Positions 40,652-50,415 of a stretch of DNA of 64,000 bases are shown here, one piece after another. The stretch is from an uncultured Bacillota bacterium. GTDB taxonomy: Bacteria; Bacillota_I; Bacilli_A; RFN20; CAG-288. Both the position numbers and the translations under genes were made by a program. The number at the start of each line of letters is the position of its first letter. Position 1 is the stretch's first letter. The notes under the pieces were generated by a model. It was not told where the DNA came from, did not search any database, and worked only from the letters and a program-made list of their open reading frames with translations. The DNA lies in contig CASDVP010000001.1 of assembly GCA_949284445.1 (NCBI GenBank), forward strand, positions 17,516-81,515, in the 5' to 3' direction.

Positions 40652-43144
40652 ATGAGCTTTTTTGACAAATTATTCCGTATTGATCAGCGCGCTTATAAAA
40701 AAATCGAAAGAAAAGCAAAAGTTGTTTTTCAATATGAAGAACCTTTTTCAAAACTTTCTGATGGTGATTTAAAGGCTAAAACAGCTATTTTTAAGCAACG
40801 TTTAAAGAATGGTGAAACAATCGATGATCTTTTACCTGAAGCCTTCGCTGTCGCCAGAGAAACAGGTAGACGTGTTTTAGGTCAATTTCCTTATCCAGTA
40901 CAAGTCTTCGGTGCCACTGTTTTAAACGAAGGTGATGTCGCCGAGATGAAGACTGGTGAAGGTAAAACTTTAACAGCTACCATGGCGGTTTATTTAAATG
41001 CTCTAGAAGGTAAAGGAACTCACGTTGTCACCGTCAACGAATACTTAGCACAACGTGATGCTGACTGGATGGGAAATATCTATCGTTTCTTAGGTCTCAC
41101 TGTCGGTGTTAATCTTCGTGAAAAGAATGCGACTCAAAAACAAGAAGCTTTTAATTGCGATATCACATATACAACTAACTCTGAAGTAGGTTTTGACTAC
41201 TTGCGTGATAACATGGCAAAATCTGTGCAAAGCCGTGTTTTAAGAGGCTTACATTACGCTATCGTCGATGAATGCGACTCAATCTTAATCGATGAATCCA
41301 GAACGCCTTTAATCATCTCAGGTGGTAGTGGTATCACCGCTTCTACTTATGTCACTGCTGACCGCGTTGTTAAAAAGATGCGCAAAGATCGCGATTATAT
41401 CATCGATGTTGAAAAGAAGACCTGTTCTTTGACTGAAAAAGGTGCCGCCTTAGTACAGCAAGCTTTCTCAATCGATAACTTATATGATGCTAGATGGGCT
41501 GATTTGAACCATCGTATCCAACAGGCTTTAAAGGCTAACTACATCATGAAGAGAGATATCGAATACATGGTCAGCAATGATGAAATCCTTTTGATCGATG
41601 GCTTCACTGGCCGTGTTATGAAAGGTAGAGAATACTCTGATGGTTTACAACAAGCTTTGCAAGCTAAAGAGCATGTCAGCATCAAGCCTGAAACAGTCAC
41701 TTTAGCTACTATCACATATCAGAATTTCTTCCGTTTGTATGACAAATTAGCTGGTATGACCGGTACTGCTAAAACCGAAGAAGAAGAATTCCGTAAGGTT
41801 TATAACATGCGTGTCATCACCATCCCGACCAACAGACCAGTCATCCGTTTTGATGATAGAGACACTATCTTTGGTAATGAAAGAGCTAAATATCAAGCTT
41901 TGATCGAAGATGTCAAAGCTAGACATGCAAAAGGTCAACCGATTTTGATTGGTACACCTTCTGTCGAAAAATCCGAGATCGTTGACAAATTATTAAACGA
42001 TGTCAACATTCCTCATGAAGTTTTAAACGCTAAAAACAATGCTAAAGAAGCTGTCATCATCGCTCAAGCTGGTCAGAAAAATGCCGTCACTATCGCTACT
42101 AACATGGCAGGTCGTGGTACTGATATCAAATTAGGTGAAGGCGTTAAAGAATTAGGTGGTTTAGCCGTATTAGCGACCGAGAGAAACGAATCTCGTCGTA
42201 TCGATAACCAGTTAAAAGGTCGTTCTGGTCGTCAAGGCGATCCTGGTTATTCAAAATTCTATGTCTCTCTAGAAGATGAGATCTTCATCCGTTTCGCTCC
42301 TAAATCTTATAAGAATTTATATGAAAAATTAGGAGATGATGCTTTTGAATCCAAGATGATGTCTAATGCTATCACCCAAGCTCAAAAGCGTGTTGAAGGT
42401 CAAAACTTTGATACTCGTAAACAATTATTAAATTATGATGATGTTCTCTCTCGTCAAAGAAAGATCATGTATGAAAGAAGAGACCATATCCTATATTCAA
42501 AATCCGTCAGCGATACTATTCCTGGTTATTTCTCTTTAGTCACTAAAGCTATCTGTGATCAATCCTTCGCTATCAAAGATCAGGAAAAGATCATCGATGC
42601 TGACAGATTAAAAGAAAACACCATCAAAGCTTTATCTATCCCTGAGGATCTGATTCCTTTCTCAGTCTTCGATGGTGTCAGTTATGATGATGCTGTGGAA
42701 TTATTATCAGCTAGATTATTAAGACACTATCACGATCTATCTAAAGACTGGACAGAAAAGATGAGAGACTTTGCTGAAAAAACCACTACTCTCGATTGCA
42801 TCGATAGACGTTGGACAAAACACATCGATCAGATGAGCAAATTGAGAGAAGCTATCTGGTTACGTTCCTATGCTCAAACTGATCCTTTACAGGCTTACAC
42901 CAACGAAGGCTTCGCGATGTTTGATGCTATGAATAAGGCGATCGCTGGTGATGTTGTGAGAACTTTATTCAGAGTTCAATTCAGAGCCAACGCTAGAGCT
43001 GTCAATGAAGCTATCGAAAAAGCTCCTATCAACAAAGCTAACACTGCGACCATCTCTACACCTAAAGATGTAAAATTCGATTCTAATATCGTTCCCGATG
43101 ATGACGGAATAGATCGTTCTAATCCTACTGCCAAAATCATGTAA
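40652..43144 (+). CDS. secA: preprotein translocase ATPase SecA
   Basis: MKTGEGKT, DECDSILIDE, TNMAGRGTDI, GRQGDPG. Confidence 0.97.
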   Translation: MSFFDKLFRIDQRAYKKIERKAKVVFQYEEPFSKLSDGDLKAKTAIFKQRLKNGETIDDLLPEAFAVARETGRRVLGQFPYPVQVFGATVLNEGDVAEMKTGEGKTLTATMAVYLNALEGKGTHVVTVNEYLAQRDADWMGNIYRFLGLTVGVNLREKNATQKQEAFNCDITYTTNSEVGFDYLRDNMAKSVQSRVLRGLHYAIVDECDSILIDESRTPLIISGGSGITASTYVTADRVVKKMRKDRDYIIDVEKKTCSLTEKGAALVQQAFSIDNLYDARWADLNHRIQQALKANYIMKRDIEYMVSNDEILLIDGFTGRVMKGREYSDGLQQALQAKEHVSIKPETVTLATITYQNFFRLYDKLAGMTGTAKTEEEEFRKVYNMRVITIPTNRPVIRFDDRDTIFGNERAKYQALIEDVKARHAKGQPILIGTPSVEKSEIVDKLLNDVNIPHEVLNAKNNAKEAVIIAQAGQKNAVTIATNMAGRGTDIKLGEGVKELGGLAVLATERNESRRIDNQLKGRSGRQGDPGYSKFYVSLEDEIFIRFAPKSYKNLYEKLGDDAFESKMMSNAITQAQKRVEGQNFDTRKQLLNYDDVLSRQRKIMYERRDHILYSKSVSDTIPGYFSLVTKAICDQSFAIKDQEKIIDADRLKENTIKALSIPEDLIPFSVFDGVSYDDAVELLSARLLRHYHDLSKDWTEKMRDFAEKTTTLDCIDRRWTKHIDQMSKLREAIWLRSYAQTDPLQAYTNEGFAMFDAMNKAIAGDVVRTLFRVQFRANARAVNEAIEKAPINKANTATISTPKDVKFDSNIVPDDDGIDRSNPTAKIM

Positions 43145-43161
43145 AGAAAGGAAGCCGAACA

Positions 43162-44281
43162 ATGAAAGAACTTTTCGAGCTTAATAATCAATACAAAGCT
43201 ATCGAAGAAGGCGTTCTCGATTTGCAAGGCTGTCTTTGACTTACCAAATCTCGAAATTGAAAGTCAAAAGCTCAGCGAGCAAACAGCCGATCCTTCTTTT
43301 TGGTCTAATATCAGCAAAGCTAAAGAAGTCAACAAAAGACTCAGCCAGATCAATGATATCATCTCCAAAATGTCGGATTTTAAGAAACGACTCTCTGATT
43401 GCAAAGACACTATTGATTTTCTCAAAGAAGAAAAAGATGATGAGATCTTTAACGATTTAGACAATTCTTTAAAAGCTCTCGGTAATGATTTCAGCTCTTT
43501 CCAGAAAGAGATCTATTTTTCTGGACCTTATGATGCTAATAACGCTATCGTTGAATTCCATCCTGGTGCTGGTGGTACTGAAGCTCACGATTGGGCTAGC
43601 ATGTTATTAAGAATGTATGAACGCTATTGTGAGATCAAAGGCTATACATATAAGGTATTAGATATTTTAGAAGGCGAAGAGGCTGGTATCTCTTCTGCTA
43701 CTTTACTCGTATCTGGAAAAATGGCCTACGGTAATCTCAGATCCGAAAACGGTGTTCATCGTCTTGTTCGCATCTCACCTTTTGATGCTTCTGGCTCTAG
43801 ACACACTTCTTTCGCATCTATTTCTGTCATGCCTGAATTTGATGATTCCATCAATATCGATATCAATCCAGCTGATCTTTCTATCGATACTTATCATTCC
43901 TCAGGAGCTGGTGGTCAAAACGTTAACAAAACTGAATCAGCTGTCAGAATCACTCACAAACCTACTGGTATAGTCGTCTCTTGCCAGATCGAAAGAAGCC
44001 AGATTCAAAATAAAGCGTATGCGATGAATATGCTCAAATCTAAGCTCTTCCAATTAGAAGAAAAGAAGAGACAAGAAGAGATGAACAAAATCGGTGGTGT
44101 TAAAAAAGACATCTCTTTTTCAAGTCAGATTCGCTCTTATGTCTTTTGCCCATATACGCTTGTCAAAGATCATCGCACCGATTATTCAGAAACAGATGTC
44201 CAAGCAGTTATGGATGGTAATATCCAAAATTTCATCGATAGCTACTTGAGATATTCATTCATGTTATCAAGAAAGAAATGA
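43162..44281 (+). CDS. prfB: peptide chain release factor 2, expressed via programmed +1 frameshift
   Basis: ATG 43162, CTT-TGA-C at codons 25/26 (43234-43240); +1 frame stays open into the 43370 ORF; SPF and GGQ motifs. Confidence 0.95.
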
Positions 44282-44285
44282 CGGC

Positions 44286-45431
44286 ATGAGTAAAAAAGGA
44301 TTTTTTAAAAAACACTTTTCTAAAGAAGCACTTAAATTGTTTTTTAAGAAACAGTGGATCACCATCAAAAATGAATTCACAAGCGAACCGCTCCCTGAGT
44401 TTATTAAGAACAACTTATATATCCTTTTAGGTGCCGTGGTTTATGCACTAGGATGTTCGTTCTTTCTTTTACCGATGAACATCATCTCTGGAGGTATCAC
44501 TTCTATCGCTATCATCTTTTCTTCTATCCCGGGATTAGATGTATTACCAGTCAACACTTATATTTATATTTTATCCTGGGGTTTCTTTATAGTTGGTTTA
44601 TTTATTCTCGGACTAAAATACTCTTTGAAAAGCTTAGTTTTTGTCCTTTGTTATCCTTTGTTCATTTCGATGTTTGACGCTTTGATCGATGTATGCGTGA
44701 TCGATGGTGTAAAAATCCTGGATATAACAACTTGTTTTGCTAGAGATATTACATTAGAAAATGGGTTGATTATCGAGTCTAGTGAATCTTTAAAAGCTAT
44801 CGCTTATATCATATCAGCCGTATTAGGTGGATTATTGATAGGAAGCGGTGTAGGATTAGCACTCTTAGGAGGCGGTTCATCTGGTGGGACTGATGTCATC
44901 AATGTTTCTATGCATAAATTCTTCCATGTGAAAATAGGAACTTCCTCATTATGTTGTGATGTGGTGATTATCATCGGCGGCTTCTTTGCTAACGATATGA
45001 ATCTATTAGCATCATCGGTCGGTGTTTTAGGCTCTATCCTCTGTTCGGTGATGATCGATCGAGTGTTTATGGGCTTTTCTCAACATTATGTTGCTCTCAT
45101 CGTCTCTAACAAATGGTACGATATCAATAAATATATCAATGAAGAGATCGAACGCGGAACAACCCTATTCAGAGCTGAAGGTGGTTTTTCTCGTGTTGAC
45201 ACGATGGTTATCGAAGTCTGCTTTGATAGACGTGAATACACCATGATTCAAAACATCATCCATCGCATCGATCCGCATGCTTTCTTAACAGTCTTACGAG
45301 CACAAGAAATCCTCGGCTATGGCTTTTCAAGGTCGACGCCTGATGTCATGGATATCCCTCTACCACCAGACACTACACAAAGATTACTTTTAAAATCCAG
45401 GCAAAAGAAAGATTCTGATCAGCGCAATTAA
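44286..45431 (+). CDS. YitT family membrane protein
   Basis: SGGITSIA, GSSGGTD, C-terminal RGTT...DPHAF domain. Confidence 0.88.
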   Translation: MSKKGFFKKHFSKEALKLFFKKQWITIKNEFTSEPLPEFIKNNLYILLGAVVYALGCSFFLLPMNIISGGITSIAIIFSSIPGLDVLPVNTYIYILSWGFFIVGLFILGLKYSLKSLVFVLCYPLFISMFDALIDVCVIDGVKILDITTCFARDITLENGLIIESSESLKAIAYIISAVLGGLLIGSGVGLALLGGGSSGGTDVINVSMHKFFHVKIGTSSLCCDVVIIIGGFFANDMNLLASSVGVLGSILCSVMIDRVFMGFSQHYVALIVSNKWYDINKYINEEIERGTTLFRAEGGFSRVDTMVIEVCFDRREYTMIQNIIHRIDPHAFLTVLRAQEILGYGFSRSTPDVMDIPLPPDTTQRLLLKSRQKKDSDQRN

Positions 45432-45444
45432 AGCAATGATTTTC

Positions 45445-45473
45445 TTGTAATAAAGAAGGCATTGTGGTATATT
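45445..45473 (+). promoter_or_regulatory. rpmE promoter
   Basis: TTGTAA-N17-TATATT with TGn extension. Confidence 0.6.
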
Positions 45474-45531
45474 TTCTTTTGCTTAACGCAATTTTCAATT
45501 GAATAAGCCGAGAATAGGAGGGTTACAAGCT

Positions 45532-45756
45532 ATGAAAAAAGGTATACATCCAGATTATCATCGTTGCAAAGTTACTTGCTTGACTTGCGGAACCACTTTC
45601 GAGACCGGCTCAACTTTAAATGAAATTAAGGTTGATACTTGCTCTCACTGCCACAGTTTCTACACTGGCAAATTAACATTCACTGCCGACACTGGTCGTG
45701 TTGCTAAATTCCGTAAGAAGTTGGCTGCTAGCGAAACTGCAAAGCAAGGCAAATAA
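45532..45756 (+). CDS. rpmE: 50S ribosomal protein L31, zinc-binding type
   Basis: MKKGIHP, CLTC and CSHC, FYTGK, GRVAKF; SD AGGAGG. Confidence 0.95.
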   Translation: MKKGIHPDYHRCKVTCLTCGTTFETGSTLNEIKVDTCSHCHSFYTGKLTFTADTGRVAKFRKKLAASETAKQGK

Positions 45757-45784
45757 TCAACTGTTTCGATAAACGCAAAACAAC

Positions 45785-45805
45785 AGGCTCTTCGGAGCCT
45801 TTTTT
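45785..45805 (+). terminator. intrinsic terminator after rpmE
   Basis: AGGCTC-TTCG-GAGCCT then T-run. Confidence 0.85.
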
Positions 45806-45830
45806 GTTATAATTTAATAAGATTGCGCTT

Positions 45831-48785
45831 ATGAATAATATTTCTTTTTCTGCAGATAAGTTATTGCAAGAGATCGAAGAAGCATTAACTGAAAAATACT
45901 TATCAAACCTTTTTGAATTAGATAATGGTTCTTTTAATGATTTGATCAATTTTTCTTCAATTCCTTTTGAGTTGACTAGCAAGGCTTATTTTTGTCCGAT
46001 TTTTATAGTTATCAATAACGAGAATTGTTACCCTTTATTTTTTCTGCAGTCTCAAATCACCAAGCAAAATGACAGCACCTTATTATCAAGAAGTTCTAAA
46101 CTACCGTTATTCAATAAATTAGCCTTATCGCAATTGAATAAACTCAATATTGAAACCAGTGACTTTTCCAGAGTCAATGATCTCAATTCATACTTGTTAT
46201 CTTTAGAAGGCAAAATTCAAATAGCTGGTCTCACTAATAATATTAAGCTTATTAAAAAACTTAATTTTTACGATGAAGAATGCTTGCTTTTAAACAAAAT
46301 ATATCCCTTCATTGATAGTTATTTAAAAGGACAAAGAAACGAGAATAAATTTCTAGGTTTAATAAGTCAGATAAAGAATAGCACTATCGATTCTGAAATC
46401 AATGATGAAACCAGTGATGAATTGTTCTCCGATTATAAAAAAGTAGCTTTGCGATTCACAAAATATCCAGGGAGCAAATTGTATTACAATGACGAAAATA
46501 TCATACGTGATTTTATTTTATATTTAGTCTCTAAAAATCTCCCTGAAGGTGAGCCTTTATTATTTGTAGTAAACGATGAAAAAGAAAAAGAAGACTTGAA
46601 AGAATTATTTATAAATAACAATTTAAAAGATTTTCTTTTAGATTTTAAAGATTTTTCTCCGTCATTATTAAACGAAGAGATCGCATATCAAGGCTTGACG
46701 ATGGAAGAAAGAGAAAGCTTTAAAAAGTTCAATGAGGATGAAAAAGAATATCTCACATTGATCAATGATAGAAATCAAGCCTATAGTAATCCGCGTGATA
46801 TCTATAACGCTCAAGTGATAGATGATATCATCATAGCTCAAAATAAAAATCTCGTGCCTTTGAATTTAGATATCTCCGAATATACTCTGGAAGAATTTAA
46901 AAAAGACTATCAATTTTTAAATACGATAGAGACTTTTTCTACTCTTAAAGATATCAATATCAAAGAGCACACGTATTATGGCCTATCTGTCTCTGCTAAA
47001 AGAAGAAACTATGATGAGATCAATTTACAATTGATCAAAATCATCAACTGTATAAAAGATTTTGAACGACTTTTAAGTGATAAAAACATCGTTGATTTTG
47101 ATAACAATAAAATCAAAAGCTGTAAACAATTTGAAGAGTATGGAAAAGATATCAATATCATTTCCTCGTATAACGGCTTTCCAAAAAAGTATTTCCGTAT
47201 CGGTCAAGAAGAACAAGCTTTGAAAAATTTAGATGATTTAAAAAAATTATTCCAAGCCATTTCTAGCACAAAACTTTTAATCATCAATATCTGTACAGAT
47301 AAAATATTTGATTTAGATTTAAAAAGAGTGCTTAAAGATTTAGATAGCAAATTTATTTTTACAAGAATAAGAGCTAAAAAGAAGCTTCTTTCTTATTTTA
47401 AAGTCAATAATCAAAAAGATTTGTTCACCTCATTAATAAAATTATTAAAAGCTTATATAAATTATGTTGATTTAATGAAAAAGAATATTCAACAATACAA
47501 AGATGAATTCGGTGATTCTATCACTACCATGAATGGAGTGATCGAGATCGAAAGCAATATCAAATACATTTCAGCATTCCATGAGAGAGGTACTGTTCAT
47601 CCTAATTTCTCAATGAGCAACCCTTCAGTCAAAAGATGTTATCGTGAAAAAAGTATTCGAAATCGTGTGATTGAAATTTACAGGGAAGCAGACAAACAAT
47701 ATCAAATATTAAAATCACATATCAATAAATTCATAGGTTATTTTTTAGATGCTGAATATCAATACTTCACCATGTCTTTTGAAGAATTGACAGCAGTATT
47801 CACGCATATCTTAAAAGGGACCTATAAAGAGTTTGCTGATTATGCTAATTATCGCGATGGCTTAAATAATACTTCTCCTTTGTTCAATGTCAATTTACTT
47901 AAGTTTGTAAACGAGAATAATAAATTATCAGAATTCCGTTACCTTTATGTGTATTCTTTAGCTTCTGCCATTTATAAACGCGGCAGAAAAAGATTTAGAC
48001 CTCATTTAAAATCTTATGAAGAAGCTAAGAATAGCTATTTATCAACGCTCGATCAAACAAATGATCTCTATAACCACTACTTATATAATTCAATAGTTAA
48101 AAAGATTAGAATCACACAAGATACTCCTCTTTATCAGATCGAACATCATGAGTTATTAAATGTTTTTAACAATAAAGAAATCGATTATTCTTTTTATAAG
48201 AAGTTATATAAGCATTTATCAGTAAACTATTTAATATGTATCAGCACTACTAATGAATTAATAAATATCAATTCTGAAATTATAAATAAAGTTGTTGTTT
48301 TTAATTCATCAAAACAGAGCTATGCTGGTCTGCTTTCTGAGATTCTGACTGGAAATCATTTGCTCTTTATAGAAAATATTGAAAATGTTGACAAAAGAAC
48401 CCAGGGATATCCAGACTTAGCTTTCAGCAGTTCTTCATATCTCAGCCTGTTTGATTTTGAATCTCTACCAAAATCTTTTTATCTAAAGCTTAATGAAATT
48501 TTTGAACACTTCGGCTTTAAAATCAGATCTACTTCTTTCTTCCCACTGACTATTTATAATAATCGCGATGAAATAGTCGGAACTATTCTTCCTGACATAT
48601 TGATCCCTAGCACTAAAGAAATGCAGGTGAGAAGCGAATTCCGAAAGTTCATTAAAAACATTTATCACATACCAGTTTTGATAATTTCTATATTCTCTTT
48701 TTTAATCAATCCAGAACAAACTATCTCATCGATCATCAATCGTATTTCAGATGATGATTATGATGATGAAAATGATAGCAATTAA
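45831..48785 (+). CDS. degenerate DUF4011/SF1-helicase/PD-(D/E)XK-like protein lacking catalytic motifs
   Basis: YPLF...LFNKLAL, GEPLLFVV, KVVVFNSSKQ, and a C-terminal ISIFSFLINPE segment in the order expected for that family. Confidence 0.55.
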   Translation: MNNISFSADKLLQEIEEALTEKYLSNLFELDNGSFNDLINFSSIPFELTSKAYFCPIFIVINNENCYPLFFLQSQITKQNDSTLLSRSSKLPLFNKLALSQLNKLNIETSDFSRVNDLNSYLLSLEGKIQIAGLTNNIKLIKKLNFYDEECLLLNKIYPFIDSYLKGQRNENKFLGLISQIKNSTIDSEINDETSDELFSDYKKVALRFTKYPGSKLYYNDENIIRDFILYLVSKNLPEGEPLLFVVNDEKEKEDLKELFINNNLKDFLLDFKDFSPSLLNEEIAYQGLTMEERESFKKFNEDEKEYLTLINDRNQAYSNPRDIYNAQVIDDIIIAQNKNLVPLNLDISEYTLEEFKKDYQFLNTIETFSTLKDINIKEHTYYGLSVSAKRRNYDEINLQLIKIINCIKDFERLLSDKNIVDFDNNKIKSCKQFEEYGKDINIISSYNGFPKKYFRIGQEEQALKNLDDLKKLFQAISSTKLLIINICTDKIFDLDLKRVLKDLDSKFIFTRIRAKKKLLSYFKVNNQKDLFTSLIKLLKAYINYVDLMKKNIQQYKDEFGDSITTMNGVIEIESNIKYISAFHERGTVHPNFSMSNPSVKRCYREKSIRNRVIEIYREADKQYQILKSHINKFIGYFLDAEYQYFTMSFEELTAVFTHILKGTYKEFADYANYRDGLNNTSPLFNVNLLKFVNENNKLSEFRYLYVYSLASAIYKRGRKRFRPHLKSYEEAKNSYLSTLDQTNDLYNHYLYNSIVKKIRITQDTPLYQIEHHELLNVFNNKEIDYSFYKKLYKHLSVNYLICISTTNELININSEIINKVVVFNSSKQSYAGLLSEILTGNHLLFIENIENVDKRTQGYPDLAFSSSSYLSLFDFESLPKSFYLKLNEIFEHFGFKIRSTSFFPLTIYNNRDEIVGTILPDILIPSTKEMQVRSEFRKFIKNIYHIPVLIISIFSFLINPEQTISSIINRISDDDYDDENDSN

Positions 48786-48788
48786 AAA

Positions 48789-48813
48789 GCAGACCCATCA
48801 TTTACGGGTCTGC
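48789..48813. terminator. hairpin terminator between convergent genes
   Basis: GCAGACCC/GGGTCTGC stem. Confidence 0.7.
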
Positions 48814-48821
48814 ATTGATAT

Positions 48822-49190
48822 TTAATCGATTTTCTTAACCCACAGACCGTGAAGATTGCAATAAGCATAGGCTTCTAAAACTTTTTCATCATCAGCTAAG
48901 ACAAAGTCAGCTTTAGGAGCACCTGTGTGTTCTAATTTTTTCATCTCTACTTTTTGATCAGTGACTAAGGCGATAAATGAGATGTGATGTTCTTCAGTCA
49001 TCGGATGTAACACAGAGCCGACTTCGACGTGAACTTTCTTTCCATCGACCTTGATGACCGGAATATGTTTTTCAGTCGCTGCTTCTGTAGAATTAGCAGT
49101 GATGAGTTCATTCTCACCATCGACATTGATATCTAATAATGAGAAATAGATATCATTGTTCTTTTTGTTTTTATAAAAATTAACTTTCAT
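48822..49190 (-). CDS. superoxide reductase (desulfoferrodoxin family, no Cys4 centre)
   Basis: EKHIP, HPM...HHI, CNLHGLW. Confidence 0.88.
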   Translation of the reverse strand: MKVNFYKNKKNNDIYFSLLDINVDGENELITANSTEAATEKHIPVIKVDGKKVHVEVGSVLHPMTEEHHISFIALVTDQKVEMKKLEHTGAPKADFVLADDEKVLEAYAYCNLHGLWVKKID

Positions 49191-49248
49191 AATCTGATAA
49201 CCTCCACAACTATTGTATCAATTTCTACAATCAAATAGTGGAATATGC

Positions 49249-49497
49249 TCAGTTAAAGTATTCACGGAAGTCTAATTGATATTTATGACGGCAATATTGC
49301 ACGATATCAAAAATATTCCAGATAATGCCTAAGCCTATACATGTGTATAAAAGCTTAACGACCGCAAACTTCCAGCCTTTCTTAAACGAACGAGAATAAA
49401 CAAATTTATCAATACCGAACCATCCTAAAAAAATCAAAAACAAAAGAAAACTAGGTTTGACCGGTTCGATAGCAAGCGAATATTCTTCTTTATTCAT
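49249..49497 (-). CDS. TM2-domain small membrane protein
   Basis: FLGWFGIDKF...KL...IWNIFD. Confidence 0.7.
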   Translation of the reverse strand: MNKEEYSLAIEPVKPSFLLFLIFLGWFGIDKFVYSRSFKKGWKFAVVKLLYTCIGLGIIWNIFDIVQYCRHKYQLDFREYFN

Positions 49498-49698
49498 TTT
49501 GTTTCACCTCAAAGTAAGATAATTATATAAAAAAGATATCTTATTAGAAACAAAAAGTATAAATAATCATTTCAATATCAATATTGGAACGATTATAAAA
49601 GCTTCAACAATTTAGACTTTATATAACTTCCTGATCAGAAGATATTTAAAAACAGCAGTATTATTTATATAATTTATGAATATAGGGGGTGCTTAAAC

Positions 49699-50343
49699 AT
49701 GGTCAAAATCTTTCGTTATGATAATGATAATCGTATCACCTGTAATACCTATATCATCGGAAAAATAGGTGATTCTTGTTTGGTCATCGATATGGGTTCT
49801 ACCTCCGATGAAATTTACCAATACATATCAAGTCACTATGAAAAATGTTTAGGTGTATTATTGACACATGCTCATTTTGATCATATTCGAGGTCTGAATA
49901 AATTTTTAAAACATTTTTCTTATGAAATTCCAGTATATTTAAATCAAGCTGATTCATCTCTTTTGACTGATTCATCCTTAAATGAAAGCCGATATCATCA
50001 AGAAGATATCAAAATAAATATTGATCCAGTCTTTGTGCAAGATGAAGAGGAACTGGTATTCAAAAAAGATATCAAAGTCAAAGTCATCACCACTCCTTTC
50101 CATACTGAAGGCAGCGTCTGTTATCTCTTTGATGACGATAACGCTTTATTCTCTGGGGATACCTTATTTAAAGGTTCGATCGGTAGAAGCGACATGAGCA
50201 CTAGTGATCCTTCTAAAATTTCATCATCATTAACTAAACTATTGAAATTGAGAAATACATTAGTTGTCTATCCCGGACATGGTGATATCACTCGTATTTC
50301 TGAAGAGAAACAATCTAATCCTTTCTTAATAAATTTATTATAG
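49699..50343 (+). CDS. MBL-fold metallo-hydrolase (glyoxalase II-like)
   Basis: THAHFDH, HTEGS, GDTLF, PGHG. Confidence 0.9.
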   Translation: MVKIFRYDNDNRITCNTYIIGKIGDSCLVIDMGSTSDEIYQYISSHYEKCLGVLLTHAHFDHIRGLNKFLKHFSYEIPVYLNQADSSLLTDSSLNESRYHQEDIKINIDPVFVQDEEELVFKKDIKVKVITTPFHTEGSVCYLFDDDNALFSGDTLFKGSIGRSDMSTSDPSKISSSLTKLLKLRNTLVVYPGHGDITRISEEKQSNPFLINLL

Positions 50344-50364
50344 CTATTAACATTTGTTACATAC

Positions 50365-50400
50365 AAAAAGCCATGCGCCTTTAACAACGCATGGCTTTTT
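50365..50400. terminator. bidirectional intrinsic terminator
   Basis: AAAAAGCCATGCG/CGCATGGCTTTTT. Confidence 0.85.
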
Positions 50401-50415
50401 AAAATATGTTTATAC

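Noticed and set aside
43236-43460. 74-aa ORF between secA and the annotated RF2 ORF
   Set aside because: It is in the third frame over the prfB frameshift region; the +1 frame explains the locus
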